A stretch of 64,000 nt of DNA from Ruditapes philippinarum (lineage: Eukaryota): positions 62,001-126,000 of the forward strand of contig NW_026853347.1 of NCBI RefSeq assembly GCF_026571515.1, in the 5' to 3' direction. Below are positions 12,347-24,565 of the stretch, one piece after another (position 1 is the first letter of the stretch; every line of letters begins with the position of its first letter). A program made the position numbers and the translations under genes. The notes under the pieces were generated by a model that saw only the letters and a list, made by a program, of their open reading frames with translations, searched no databases and was not told where the DNA came from.

Positions 12347-13080
12347 ATGGATGTAAAAAAGCCATTGTCTCTATTGACACTCAGGTGAGCTCATGTGCTT
12401 TAGTTAATTACATGCATTGGTTCAAAGTCAGGTTTGGCTGTTGACAGGTTTGTGTCAATTCCCCTTGTTTTGTCTACTTAATGTCGCAACATAACAAAGA
12501 AGAAAGTGATAACGCCTTTTTTCATACCGTGCCGAACTTATTCACGATGAATGTACCTTAACTGTTGTCCCGTAACGATCATTTAATGACAATCATCGAT
12601 TTCATATAGCGAAGACGAATCGATTCCTTTTTGTAAAGAATGTTGGTTCGTGAAAAAAATACCGATTCTATGATGTCCTGTAGAAATTACTGCGAACAAA
12701 GCAATTAGTGAAGCAATGGAGATAGTACGCCAGGAAGAGAAGAGTGAAATGAAAGCGTAAACAGTATAGCGAATATTTACCCAAAACACGTTGCAAAATC
12801 GCAAAATTATACAACGTTAAACAGTACAGAGGAACAATAAAACTTACAAAGATTATATCATTAATTAATAGAATTGGCTTCCAAAAAGAAAGGGAGAAAT
12901 GAAGACGAACATCTTCAATGTGACTTTAATGAAAGTCAGCGTGCTTTTCTTGATAGAATCAAAAGCAAACATGATAAATATAAAAATTGACAAACTCACA
13001 GTGAACTGGGACCAAATTGGAAAATGGAGGAAAAAGGGTTCAAAACAAGATATTTTTATGACGGTCACCTATTTATCCTA
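12347..13080 (+). pseudogene. Decayed tandem B-box + coiled-coil (TRIM-like) coding sequence
   Basis: Manual frame stitching gives MDVKK..MCFS*FTCIGSKSGLAVDRFCVNS..CRN..KKVITPFHTV (B-box1-like), then [R/C]NDHLMTIIDFI[C]EDESIPFCKECWFVKK[Y/H]RF (B-box2 spacing C-x2-H-x8-C-x7-C-x2-C-x5-H), then E/K-rich helical sequence. Several stops and frameshifts had to be assumed. Confidence 0.5.
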
Positions 13081-13629
13081 ATACTCTTTTGTTAAAATTT
13101 ACTCATTTGTATGTACACAGCGTTCTCCTTTCGAAAATTATTTGTTTACCACATTAATTACGTGAAAGTAGCTGTATATATGCAGTTATCACAGCCATAT
13201 GGCGTATAAACATACTTTTCAAAATATTCGCAGCCACTGTTTTCGTGCAAGTAACTGCTTTACATGCTATTACATTTTAAATGAATTATAATGACCATTT
13301 TAATTGCATGTATCAGGTCTGGATCGTTTCTCCCGCTGTGACATATATACCAGGGGAAGACTAATGTCGTTCAAGTTATGAATTTGCCGATGGATGGGAT
13401 GTACATCAATGGTAAAATTCGCCGTCAATGAAAAGGTAGATAATATATTAAATGATTAATAATTATTTTGATTACTGTTTATAAATAAAATTTCTGATAA
13501 AAGTAAAAACAGTGCGATAAATTGTACATAATAACTATTGTTATCTATTGCAGGTTTGTCGAGAAGTGTATTCTGACGTACATTGAGAAGGTTAGAGAGA
13601 TGGATCCTCAATCCCTGAGGTTAGCCAAA

Positions 13630-13695
13630 ATCATCTTTCCTGTTACGGCGCCATATAACCTTTGTTCGTGCGCCGTTAAACAAAACAAACAAACA
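13630..13695 (+). mobile_element. SINE/LINE 3' end fragment
   Basis: cgccatataacc..gtgcgccgttaaacaaaacaaacaaac resembles the 3' tail of the SINE at 16542-16820 (cgccaaatgac..gtgacgtaaaacccaatcaaacaaacaaa). Confidence 0.5.
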
Positions 13696-13756
13696 TGGTT
13701 ACAAAACGTATCAAAGTGTGTTCGCTATTTTGTTTTTTTTAATTTAATTTATCAAA

Positions 13757-13800
<44 letters not shown>
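13757..13800. repeat. (ATT)n microsatellite
   Basis: About 14 perfect ATT units. Confidence 0.95.
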
Positions 13801-13801
<1 letters not shown>

Positions 13802-15367
13802 ACAAAAAAAAACATAATGCACGTGTTATATATATTATTAATACATTATATTTATACAGATAAATTACACCTCCAGACGTTAATTTCAATTGTGTTTTCA
13901 CGTCGTACATTAAAAGCAGCTTAGATAATTTTATGCCTCTGCTGTAACAAAATAAAACCCTGACTTTCAATTTGAACTAATATCTAAGCTTTAATCAGTA
14001 AGTAATTGTAAAAAACAATTAATCACATAGTTTTGTCAAACTTATAGATTGTGATAGGGTCCGAAAACAGTAAACATTATGGTTTGCTTTATTGAGGTTA
14101 CGAGCGGACGAAATCACAGGAAAAAAAAGAAAATTGTTATAAACAAATAAGTTTTCCTAACTTCCTGGTAAAATTGGTGATTATGTTAGATGCTATTTTA
14201 ATTAAAAGTTTTAATGTAATAACTGCGATCGTAAAGGTTAAAAGTACGAAACGTTTTTTATGACATTAAGGTGCAGCTAAACCCTAAACAATTTGCGGCT
14301 TGAGAAATGTAACAATACCAAAACAAGATCAAATAATTTGATAAGCACGTTTCATTTATGTGTGAATGCCAAATCATTATAAGACAAAAAATGGTAGGAA
14401 TAAAATTCATATATTAAAATATTTTCCCAATGTCAATAGGGAGAAAATAAAAATTCGTTCTCACGAAACCGTTACTGAAAGCAAACTAAGTACGTATTGT
14501 TCATTTCCTTTATTTCATTTAAATGACAAAGCGATATCTTTATTAAACAGATTCCAGAAATGTCTGGCTTTGGAATCTATTAATAGTAAAGTTACTTTTT
14601 AATATATTATTATCATAAAATATCAGATATATATATTTTCTTTTTCTATTTTCATTTTCCTTTTGATTTCCATTAGTGACAATATTTTACTCGTTTACAA
14701 AGGGAGGTTATACATGATACATGAGATCAGATATGATATCACGAGCTGATACGGGTGTATTTTCAAACACACTTTCGCTTAATTATATGATAACTTTTCT
14801 TTCGCAACCAGAATCACTATAATCTTGAACAACATTACAATAAGATATCAGTTGTCACAATTCCATATTCACGGTTTCAACCTACCATTAGTATGACATG
14901 AAATTAAAATTTAATAATAATGGTTAAATGTTCAAGTTTCACGAACAAGTGACATTAACTTTAGTATGCATTTCCAAAATTCACAGCACTTAGAAGCAAC
15001 TTCCTTTCTGAACATAGTTCCGCGTGCAACAGTAAGAGTCCTAAAGAAAAAACATAATCTCGTTTATAGTTAATGTCTCTCACTTCCTTAAGACTCCTTT
15101 AGGTAATTTCCAATGACATTCTAAGTAAAGCATCGAACCATTTATCCTTATAGTTTCTAACTTTTCTAAGATTGTCGAATCGCAAAATACTACAAAAAAA
15201 TCGTCAAATATTTTCAATTTTAACATTCATTTACATACATATGTCTAGACTTTTAAATTAAGGTCTTGTTAAAGTATTCAACAAAACTGATTTCTGATTG
15301 TTTGCATGTTCGTGATCCAAAATTTATTTGTCTAATATTAAACCAAAGTGTCTTCAAGTGATCATTT

Positions 15368-15572
15368 GCTGGCCGCGAGGGTTCAAACGAAGTCTGGGAC
15401 AAGCCGTTGTTTCCTTGTGCAAGAAACTTTAAACACATTGCAAAATACTGGTTAGTTCCTGTTGAAACACTCTCGAATTAATTCCTGGAAGTTCCAGGAA
15501 TGGATTCGAGAGTGCTTCAATAGGCTTATAGCTTTCATCGCAATCGAACTCAATAAATTTGTACAAACAAAA
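15368..15572 (+). mobile_element. tRNA-derived SINE with CORE-like domain
   Basis: B-box gggttcaaac; CORE-like tccttgtgcaagaaacttta; body cattgc..tactggtt..gttccaggaatggattcgagagtg; A-rich tail. Paralog at 39040-39190. Confidence 0.7.
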
Positions 15573-15827
15573 CTAAGACATCATTTAAATACTTTTATCC
15601 AAAAATGTTATCATTTCCCTCGTGAATACTTGAATAATGTCAATATTCTCACTAACCGGAAAGAATATCCGCTTAGGTTACTAAAAAGAACGGTACTGGA
15701 AAATCATATCTCGCATGAGCTTATTTCACAAGCTACATACAACACTTCTTAACAATGGAACGCCCACCGCCTGTCCTGTCCGCTTCTCCAATTTTGCGAG
15801 TACTTGAATTGATGTTTTAATGTGAAA

Positions 15828-15980
15828 AATAATCAATCGTTTGGTTGGATAGGGGATGGAAATCCCAACCCTCATGCAATCGATTCCACTTGGAACTCGT
15901 CAAGGCTCGTTCCCAATAAAACCGATAACCCTCGGTTTGGATATCCCTATCCTCTATCTTACCCAGTGATAGATTCTATT
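15828..15980. mobile_element. Palindromic non-autonomous element with CTCG-hairpin-CTCG centre
   Basis: Arms gataggggatggaaatcccaacc / ggtttggatatccctatcctctatc; centre ggaaCTCGtcaaggCTCGttcc (15896-15909). Confidence 0.75.
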
Positions 15981-16541
15981 ACTCCTTGGTCATTCTTGTT
16001 ATGAAAATCTAGAGCTTCTGCAATGATTTCGTTCAAATGTTTATATTTCTATTCCTGAGCAAAGGTATGTATAAATGCTTTATTTGGTATAAGAAGTAAC
16101 CCTTTGTCTCAAAGCAAATAATCATGTTTTAAATATATTTTATTTCATGCACCAGCATAACAAATAATTTATTAATAAGAAACAGTTTACGAAAACGTCT
16201 TTGCTAGATTGATGTAACAATGTCTAGTAACTTCCCCTGTTTTGAACCTTTGCACCTTTCAATAATAAAAATGAGACCTGTGGAATTGGTAAAAGATGAT
16301 TTCTATTTCACTACTTTATGTTGTCTTAAACAATAACATAAATAAAGACTAGCACAACATGAAGCTTGATAAATGAGCAGGTACTGACCACCATTGTCTG
16401 GTTTTATAGAATTCTTTGTCTGAGAATAATCTGAATGTTGACGAAAACAGAACATTGCCACCTAAATTAGTTATTGCATAGACACAGTTGACACTTTCAT
16501 CAATTTTAGACTCAGGGACTGGTAGATATGATGTCAAACTT

Positions 16542-16820
16542 GCATCCGTGGCCAAGTGGTTAAGGTCACTGACTTCAAACCACTTGCTCCTCATCGCTTG
16601 TTCGAATCCTGACAGGGACTGTGGATTCTGTCATGTGAGGAAGCTATCAAGTCATGTGAGGAAGCTACCAAGCTGGCTTACGGAACGTCGGTGGTTCTAC
16701 TCAGATGGCTGAATTAATTGCACGGGACACCTGAGGTGTTCCTCCACATGTAAAGCAGGAACGTCGCCAAATGACATATACTGTGTCGGTGTGACGTAAA
16801 ACCCAATCAAACAAACAAAT
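16542..16820 (+). mobile_element. Full-length tRNA-derived SINE (family A)
   Basis: A-box tggccaagtgg, B-box gttcgaatcc, body gtgaggaagcta..gctggcttacggaacgtcggtggttctactc..cacctgagg..cctccac, (AAAC) tail; 11-bp TSD atgtcaaactt (16531-16541, 16821-16831); small internal duplication of gtcatgtgaggaagcta. Confidence 0.9.
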
Positions 16821-17604
16821 ATGTCAAACTTCATTTCAAAATCGCTTTTATACAAAATACAAGCTTGTCATAGCGTAATAAATTATCTTAAACATCAAGC
16901 TATGGACGTAAAATTATACCATGTGCAAAATGAACTACATGTATGCTTTGCACGTCAAAATTGCATGACTTTTTTGTATCTATTATTCTCTTCCTAACCA
17001 GACTCCACTTAGACTTGATTTTACAACGGAACTAGAAATAGATGAATGTTCCATTTAATGTAGGTCTAGACCAATATCTTGTTTACGAATTTTAGATACA
17101 TGTAATTTGCTCACTCCATTTTCCAGAATAATCATAATGATAATAATAATAACAAGAAATGACCCAACATTTTTCTCTTATTTTCTCACTCAAATCAAGC
17201 TTTGTATTGCACAAAAATACGACTATACAATAAATTTCTGGATATATTTCTTAATCATCTTTTGCATATCCTTTTGTTTAAGAGCCCCAGCTGATCTATG
17301 TAAGAAATTCGATTTTTATGGTTTTGTTAGCTAGCATCCTCTTCATCCCATCTTGGCTTTTTTGTAACTATTTTCTAAATTAAAATTTGAATGCTTTCCA
17401 GTTTAAATCCCGATTTGAGTGACTTTCTTTTTCACTGTCTGTTTCACTTTTGTCAGAGTCACTTCCATACAATACACTATTAGCCTCGCAAATAAAATCA
17501 CTTACATATACATGTATTTCTTTATTTCTCTGACTTCTTTCCCCTTTTCGCCGCCATATTTGAATTGTTTGAGTGAGCGTTTCTCGTTTTCTGACTCATT
17601 ACTC

Positions 17605-17747
17605 TTCAGGTACCCGTTTTTGCCTTTTAAGGCACGGGAATAATGCGCGGAAGCACACCTGAGGTCATCCTCCATTAAGTAAAGCTGGACAGTCGTCATA
17701 TGACCGATACTGTGTTGGTGCAAAAAAAAAACAACAACAAAAACAAA
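17605..17747 (+). mobile_element. SINE family A, 3' half
   Basis: cacctgaggtcatcctcca..gtaaagctggacagtcgtcatatgacc..tactgtgttggtg plus A-rich tail; matches 16728-16820. Confidence 0.8.
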
Positions 17748-20341
17748 ATGTAAGTCTCTGCATAATTGTACTACATTCAATCATCATTGATACATTCATA
17801 TATTATAGGGGTCAAACACCTGATAAAGCAGTCATATTGATTCTTACTTTAGAAATATTACATGATTATGATTCGGATTAAGTGATTAAATACATCAATT
17901 GATGATTAAAAAATATTACCTGACACCGGTTTATTGTCTGAGGATTCAATAGAGAACATCGTCCAGCAAGTTCCTGTTTTCAGATTTTCTTATTTTAAAG
18001 AGCCTCCGTGAATAATAGTGGATAATATCAAAGTTTAATAGTTATGTTGCCAGCTATTTAATGCCTTAGCGCGTTGTGTAAATCAAATATGCGTCAAGCA
18101 TAAAATGGATGTCAAAATCCGATTAAATCGTGTATAAACTAAAGGTATAAATTCCATTCATTTTACCTTTTCTTTTCCGACAACTAAAAAAAACTTTCTA
18201 TTTTTCTTTTTTTAATTTTACTGTATTTTAAGAAGATAGTATACTTGTTCTGAATTAAGGTTATTTAAACGGCACTGTGCTTAAATATTTAAATTGATAT
18301 AGTTGTGTTGTTTATACTATACCTGCTTTGACATAACTTTCTACTGTGTCATCAATTAGAGAACCAGTACCAGTAAAATCTTACATAATGAAACGCTTAA
18401 AAAACAACATTTAATTTATGTTTACAAGTAATAAGTAGCCACTAAGTTAATTGATTTAGCAAGTTGCAGCAATTGGTTGATTTAATAAAATACTAAAAAT
18501 CATCTAAAATCAGTTAATGAATGTTTCTTTACTTTTTAACTGCACATGAAGGATGGCTAATATATTTTTTTAAATCTATAAAATATTGCAAAAAAAAACT
18601 TTCAGCCTTTTTGAATACTTTCATTAGTTATTATTTCACATTGCTTAAACATATACTCATATCTTTTAAACGAGGAACACGTACCTTCATTATTTTTACA
18701 ACAATTAATCCGAAACTAACATTTATCACAACAAGTGATTATAAAGTGATTTATTAAAAGTGATATATTATAGTATTAGGTATCACGTACTAAAAAAGAG
18801 TTTCCTCGGAAGTAAATATTTTACCCTAAAGGGTGTTAACTTAAGGTTGCTTACTGCAACTAACTTGGCACCTTTAATGTCCACATTTCGGGATGATTAT
18901 AACAACAGAATTATTTAAATGATATGAGCAATTTTACTGCACAAATATTAAAATGTTGAAATAAAATTACTCATTTAATCATACTAAATTAAAATATTAT
19001 AACCGTTGGTATGGTGTGATACATAAGCTGTTTAAATCATTTTTGAACATAACATTAGAACTATTGGATATAAAAAGACAATATATCACAACGTCTGTGA
19101 TAGTCCTCCCTTTTTAGCAGGACATGTTTCAATCAGCAAATCACCAAAGTCCAGCAATCTGACAAAACCGTGAACCAAAACAAAATAAATGATAAATTGG
19201 TCAGATTAAACAGACAAAGAAAATGTTGTAGTACTTTGATAATATTTTGATCCAAAATGATTTCATTTGTCTCTTTAAGATATCAATGATTGTGACTGCC
19301 GAAAGTGATATATGTTCATTAATCTCCGAAATCAAACATACGCATCAATCATCATGTTTTTGCTTGTCAGTGTCAAAAACGTTAAACTTTATAAACATAA
19401 CACAGACTAGACTTTGACAATTATAATTTATTACAAATTAAAAAAGAGAGTCAAGAATTACAACAATTTAAAATAAAGATATAAGAAAGGTTTAGAAATG
19501 AAATATTTTCTCAACTTCCGAAAAAGTAACCTAGTTATTGAAAATTAAAGTAGATATTGTACATTTTAGAAGTCAGTTTTTTATCAATACGAAATTGTAA
19601 AAGATCATTTAATCACAACACACTTTTGCTAAACTAATAGTTTGTGATAGCGTAAAAAACATCAAAGTCTTTATTTTATCTTAGTGCATCGTACATGATA
19701 CAAACATAAGGTATATCAACAGTGAACATTTGTAAAAACGGCAGTACGTATATGCAAGTCATTTACAGAGATCATAACAATACATCAATTATTAGATTAA
19801 TCATCTAATGTTTGTTTAATTTTCTTCTTTCGTTCACTTTGAAAGTGTGTCATGATTCTGTGGCATAAATAATATATTTAATAATATTATTTTATAATAA
19901 AACACTGTTGATATTTTAATTATATTTGACCTCGTGTTATTTCTAGTCTGAATTTTACATAATTATGTCTAATACATATAGCCTTTTTTTACACCTGTCA
20001 TACATAATATCGGACAAACGACATTCTTTGTTTTTATTTCAATGTTAAATGTAATTTGATTGTGAATTTAAATGTATCCAAATTTGTGTCAACTTAAATT
20101 TTAACACATTTTTGCAGGTTTTATTTGTTTCGTTACTTCACGGGCCTTGAGTTGCGTGGACTTACTTGCATTTCAGGTACTCACAGAAAGTGATTTATGG
20201 ATCTATTTCTATTGGACTTAAATATACTTTTCTTTTTCATGTTTGTGTCGCCTCTACGAGGAGTAGTGGCGAACTTAAAAGGGATCACTACTCCGTCCGT
20301 CTGTCTGTCCGCCTGTCTGTCTGTCTGTCGTCTGTCCGCAC

Positions 20342-20516
20342 TCAACAGGACAGTAACTATGTGGCTAGAGGGACAATAGGTAACTGTTCTTTCTCTTTTA
20401 TGTCATTCAATTCCTCCGTAATGCTTTTATGCGGCTATTTTTCTTTTTGTGTGGCTAAAAAAGAACAATAGAGAGAACACCAAGTAGCTCTTACATTATT
20501 ACTCTAACTGTTAGAA
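20342..20516. mobile_element. Small insert with decayed inverted ends inside the Helentron-type element
   Basis: Separates the (GTCY)n tract from the first core repeat; flanked by tgtccgcac / tgtccgtcac; ends tcaacag..agtaa / ttact..ctgttaga. Confidence 0.4.
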
Positions 20517-20529
20517 ATGTCCGTCACAA

Positions 20530-21590
20530 AAACTGTCCCGGACTACTCCTCATAAACTACTTGCGCAATTCCTTCCAAAAATTTTACAGGAATGATCAGT
20601 ACCAAGTCTTGTTGTGCATGTCGTCAGTATTTTTCGGTTCAATCATTTTTGTTCGAGTTTATGGCCCTTTAAATAATTTTTTATCTTTAAATTTTTGTCC
20701 GGACTACTCCTCTTATACCACTTATGTAATTTCAATGAAATTTTACAGGATTGATCTACAGCTCAAGTCCTTGCGCATATTGCATAATTTTGGCCGTTAT
20801 GGTCCTTTAATAAAAAGGTGTTTTTCTGTGTTGCCAGATACACAGAACTTGTACGGACTACTTCTCAAAAACTACTGGTGCAATTTCATCGAAACTTTAC
20901 AGGAATGATCAGTACCAAGTCTAGTTGTGCATATCATCGGCTTTTTGTGGCTCAATGAATTTTTGTTATAGTTATGGCTCTTTAACTATTTTATTTTTCT
21001 AAAGTTTGTACTTCTCATATACAACTTATGCATTTTCAATGAAACTTTACAGGATTGATTGGTAGGTCAAGCACTTGCGCATATTTCACAGGTTTTCCGC
21101 TTGAATGATTTTAGCCTAGTTATGATCCTTGAAATAATAAAGTTTGTCAGGACTACTCCTCATATAACATTGATGCAATTTCAATAAAACTTTACAGGAT
21201 TTATTGGAAGGGCAACTACTTGTCCATAATACACACGATTTTGCTTGAATGATTATTGGCCTTGAAGTTATTGCCCTTGAAAAAAGGTGTCTCTGTGTTG
21301 CCAGCTGCACAGAAGTTTGTCTGGACTACTCCTAAGAAACTGCTGGTGCAATTTCTTCAAATTTTAGGCGAATGATCAACTACCATGTATAGTTTTTTGC
21401 ATCTCATCAAACATTTTTCGGTTCCTTGATTTTTTTTCAGAGTTTTTTGCCCTTTCATGATTTTAATTTTGAAACTTGTCTGGAGTAATCATGTTATACC
21501 ACTAATGCAATTTCAATGAAACTTTACAGGATTGATCGATAGCTCGAATTCTTGTGCATATTACACAGGTTTTTAGGTTGAATGATTTTT
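20530..21590. repeat. ~7 tandem core repeats of ~145-175 bp
   Basis: Anchor ggactactcctc (or variant) at ~20540, 20701, 20855, 21008, 21150, 21323, 21482; gcaatttcaatgaaactttacagga recurs in the units. Confidence 0.9.
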
Positions 21591-23484
21591 TTTCATGAGA
21601 CGACACATGTCATCACTGGTGGCTCTTGTTTTTAATATCTGTAATATATTTTTCTTTTTCATTTTCTCTTGATTTTTGTCTCATTTTTGTAGGGCAGGGT
21701 GAGAATCGGAGGGAGGTTATACATGAACTCAGGTAAACGTTACAATTTCCTTTCAGATAAAGACGATAATATAGATAAAGCCTAGCAGATTTTTATTGTC
21801 ACTGTATGAGTTGTAATTATACTGCCGTTATTTTCCATTCCTACTTTTCTCAATTAACTTTGAAAATAATTTGAGAAGGATGCCCAGAGTTGCTCCGGGT
21901 GTATTTTTATGCACATACACGCATAATTATATTATAACGTTTCTTTCGCACCCAATATTACTTTTATACTACTATATATTCAACAGCAATAACATATCAT
22001 TCGTGACATGTATATTTCCATATCCGCGCTGTCAACTTAATGTGAAATATTACATTTAATCAAGCTTTTATATAATTACCATGAAAAACTGATGAATTGT
22101 TCTAATTTCATGACACTAGTTATCAGTTACAAAGGTCAATCAGCAAATTGAAGCAACTTCCTCTCAATAAAATAGCATAACCTCATTTTAAGGTAATATC
22201 TGTCACTTCCTGAACATTCATTAAGGTCATTTCAAATTACATTCTGATTATGAAATCGAACAAGTTAACCTTTACAGATCGTTGAACTGCAAAAATGCTA
22301 TGCCAACACGAAACATTTTCCATTTTAACATTATATACAAATGTCCAGACATTCAAATCTGACAATCAACAAAACTGACAACTGGTTGTATGCATGTTCA
22401 TGTTCGAAACCCTGAATTTTATAATGTTGGCCAAAGATTATTTGATGAGTAATTTTTTTATTCAGGCATATTATCATTACCATTGTTGAGACTTAAATAA
22501 TGATGCCGATATTTCTGCTCTCGGACACACTATGAAATGACCAACCATGTAATCCACCTATTTTGTATAAAATCGCTATTGCTTTTATAAAAATAGAATT
22601 GATTAAGATTATAAATGTTTCAGCAATGGATATTCCTCTAGGGATTGAAATTAAATTATGTTTTAACCGAGTTTATTGGAATTAAATATAAATAAAGGTT
22701 TTTCCTATTTAATTAAGAAGTTAGCTCTGCAATCATTTTTGTTCTGACTTGTGCATATAGTGCTATATTTTGTAAATTTAGCATATCATATTGGCTCAAA
22801 GGGAAATAACAACAACAAGCTGAGCATATAAAGGTTTTTTATTAATAAAATAAGTCTCTGGTTTGTGGAAATAGGGTCGCTTTTCACTTTAGAAATAGTT
22901 TCACCTGTTTTGAACTTTTGCACCTTTTGATAAAAAAGTGTAAATCTGTAAATAATGAATTACATGTATATCTATGAATGTTTATGTAGTCTTAAAACTA
23001 AAGATACACCAAGACCATTTTCGTGCATATAATTATGGACAAGCACAACACGCAACTCAACTTGATAAATAAGCAGGTACTGAGCACTATGTCTTCTTTT
23101 ATAGCATTATTTGTCTAGGACTAATCTTAATGTTGACGAAAACAGCATATTGCCACCTAAATTACTTATTGCATAGACACATTTTACAATTTCATCAATT
23201 TAAGCCTCAGGGATTGGAAGATGTGCAATGTAATGACATTAAGCCGCTTAGTTTAGAACTACGGCTTCGGTATTACAAAACAAACAGATTGCTATAAGAA
23301 AAATTCGTATTAGTAAGTGCATAAATTATAATATCTTATATACAGACATGATGTTTTTTGAAAAACAAAATATTTTGTGAATCAAATAGCACTTAAGCAC
23401 AAAATTTAAGTTTCGATAAAATTTATCTTTCAATTAACAAAGTAATACATTAATTTAATGGAAATGATAATTGATGTCAAACTT

Positions 23485-23773
23485 GCGTCCGTGGCCCATT
23501 GGTTAAGGTCGTTGACTTCAAACCACTTGCACCTTATTGCTGTTTCGAATCCCGACAGGGACTGTGGATTCCGTCATGTTGCTATCAAATAAAATAGAGA
23601 AAAACAGAATCCCTAAAGAAAGTCCAACACAACAAAATTGAAAATGTTGCAGGCTCGGTTCGATTGAGCCTGTTCTTGGACGGTACTGTAAAGTGCAAGT
23701 TACCGTCTACGCCTCCTAGCACCGGCTTAAGCAGATCATCTGAGGAAACTATACAGCTAGCTTACGGGACGTC
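23485..23773 (+). mobile_element. SINE family A (duplicate of 16542 copy), interrupted and 3'-deleted
   Basis: Same left flank atgtcaaactt (23474-23484); A/B boxes present; body resumes tgaggaaactatacagctagcttacgggacgtc after a 156-bp insert. Confidence 0.85.
23580..23735 (-). mobile_element. Unclassified interspersed repeat (family B) inserted into a SINE
   Basis: Reverse complement of 42863-43010; flanked by tcatgt (23574-23579) / tcatct (23736-23741), an imperfect TSD. Confidence 0.8.
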
Positions 23774-24344
23774 CTATAAAATGTGCTGTAAACGCTCCTG
23801 TGTTCTTACACTTTTATACGAAGTTTTCCTCAATGTCTGAGTATTCTCTTACGTGAACTTTTATGAAATATTTTGTATTTAATAAGAACCATCAACCCTG
23901 CCAATTAATATTTTAATTAGAAATATTTCTTTAATGAGGAAAACAACTATTGTAATACTATCTTTTCAGTTTTTAGTATTCAATAGTCAGTTTTGGACTA
24001 ATTTAAAAGTAAAAAGATATACACTCTATATAACAGAGGTGGCAATACCCTAGTCATTCTCTGTCAATGAATATTCTGAAACTGTTATAATTAAAACCAA
24101 AGCAATTGATTCAGCATAAGATCATGGTGTTTACATGTTGTTGATATAATGAAAACATTAGTACATCAACCACATTAGTTATCAGAAAAATCATATTAAC
24201 TTAACCTTTACAAATTTTAAGGAACAAATGACCGACACTGATTCATAGTACACGTGTAGTTACATGATTGTGTATTTTCCCATACGATAAAGCAACATGT
24301 TTACTTGAGAAATTGTTGTATTTTACATAAGTCTCACTTGCACT

Positions 24345-24434
24345 GATAATGTGATAAGGCGACATCGAGGTTTAAAGTGCAGGTACCTCTCAGCTGCCCC
24401 CTGCGTACAGTATTTCAGGCGCGAGCGGGCACCT
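24345..24434 (-). mobile_element. SINE family A, 3' part (split by the Copia insertion)
   Basis: Minus strand aggtgcccgctcgcgcctgaaatactgtacgcagggggcagctgag continues directly from 29787-29842 once the Copia and one TSD copy are removed. Confidence 0.8.
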
Positions 24435-24549
24435 TGTAAAACTGAATAACACTTAGAGTTTACTACACTTTATTGAAGACTCCAGCACCTATGGAATATA
24501 TATAACACAACATTAAACAAAGGTTACAACAGTGATACAATACTTAACA
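24435..24549 (-). repeat. 3' LTR (115 bp)
   Basis: tgtaaaactgaataac...caatacttaaca; 113/115 identical to 29672-29786. Confidence 0.97.
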
Positions 24550-24565
24550 GATTTCCCTGTCTTTC
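24550..24565 (-). promoter_or_regulatory. Polypurine tract
   Basis: Minus strand gaaagacagggaaatc immediately before the 3' LTR. Confidence 0.8.

Larger units (their letters stand above)
11110..16831. repeat. Segmental duplication, copy 1 (paralogous to ~17808-23773)
   Basis: Collinear homologous blocks: 11110-11620 ~ 17808-18270; 13990-14095 ~ 19580-19680; 14700-15345 ~ 21710-22435; 16010-16520 ~ 22720-23218. The same SINE follows the same atgtcaaactt site in both copies. Confidence 0.8.
20242..21632 (+). mobile_element. Non-autonomous Helentron-type (pearl/DINE-1-like) element with internal satellite array
   Basis: Subterminal inverted repeats tgtgtcgcctc (20244-20254) / gagacgacaca (21597-21607); 5' stem-loop tcgcc.ctac..gtag.ggcga; (GTCY)n microsatellite at 20294-20338; ~7 core repeats; 3' end ..ctcttgtttt in a T-rich site. 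Confidence 0.85.
17808..23773. repeat. Segmental duplication, copy 2
   Basis: See copy 1; offset ~5.6-7.0 kb, varying with later insertions such as the element at 20242-21632. Confidence 0.8.

Noticed and set aside
13522-13970. Poly-Leu and poly-Asn ORFs
   Set aside because: Translations of the (ATT)n microsatellite.
16349-16594. 81-aa minus-strand ORF in the conserved duplicate block
   Set aside because: Starts inside a SINE, and the paralog at ~23060-23220 has in-frame stops.
16542-16620. tRNA genes (also 23485-23560 and 26135-26214)
   Set aside because: A/B boxes are present but continue into SINE bodies; two copies have tails and TSDs. These are SINE heads, and I could not fold a convincing cloverleaf.
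20166-21310. ORFs over the pearl-like element
   Set aside because: Derived from microsatellite and core repeats; frames are not conserved between units.
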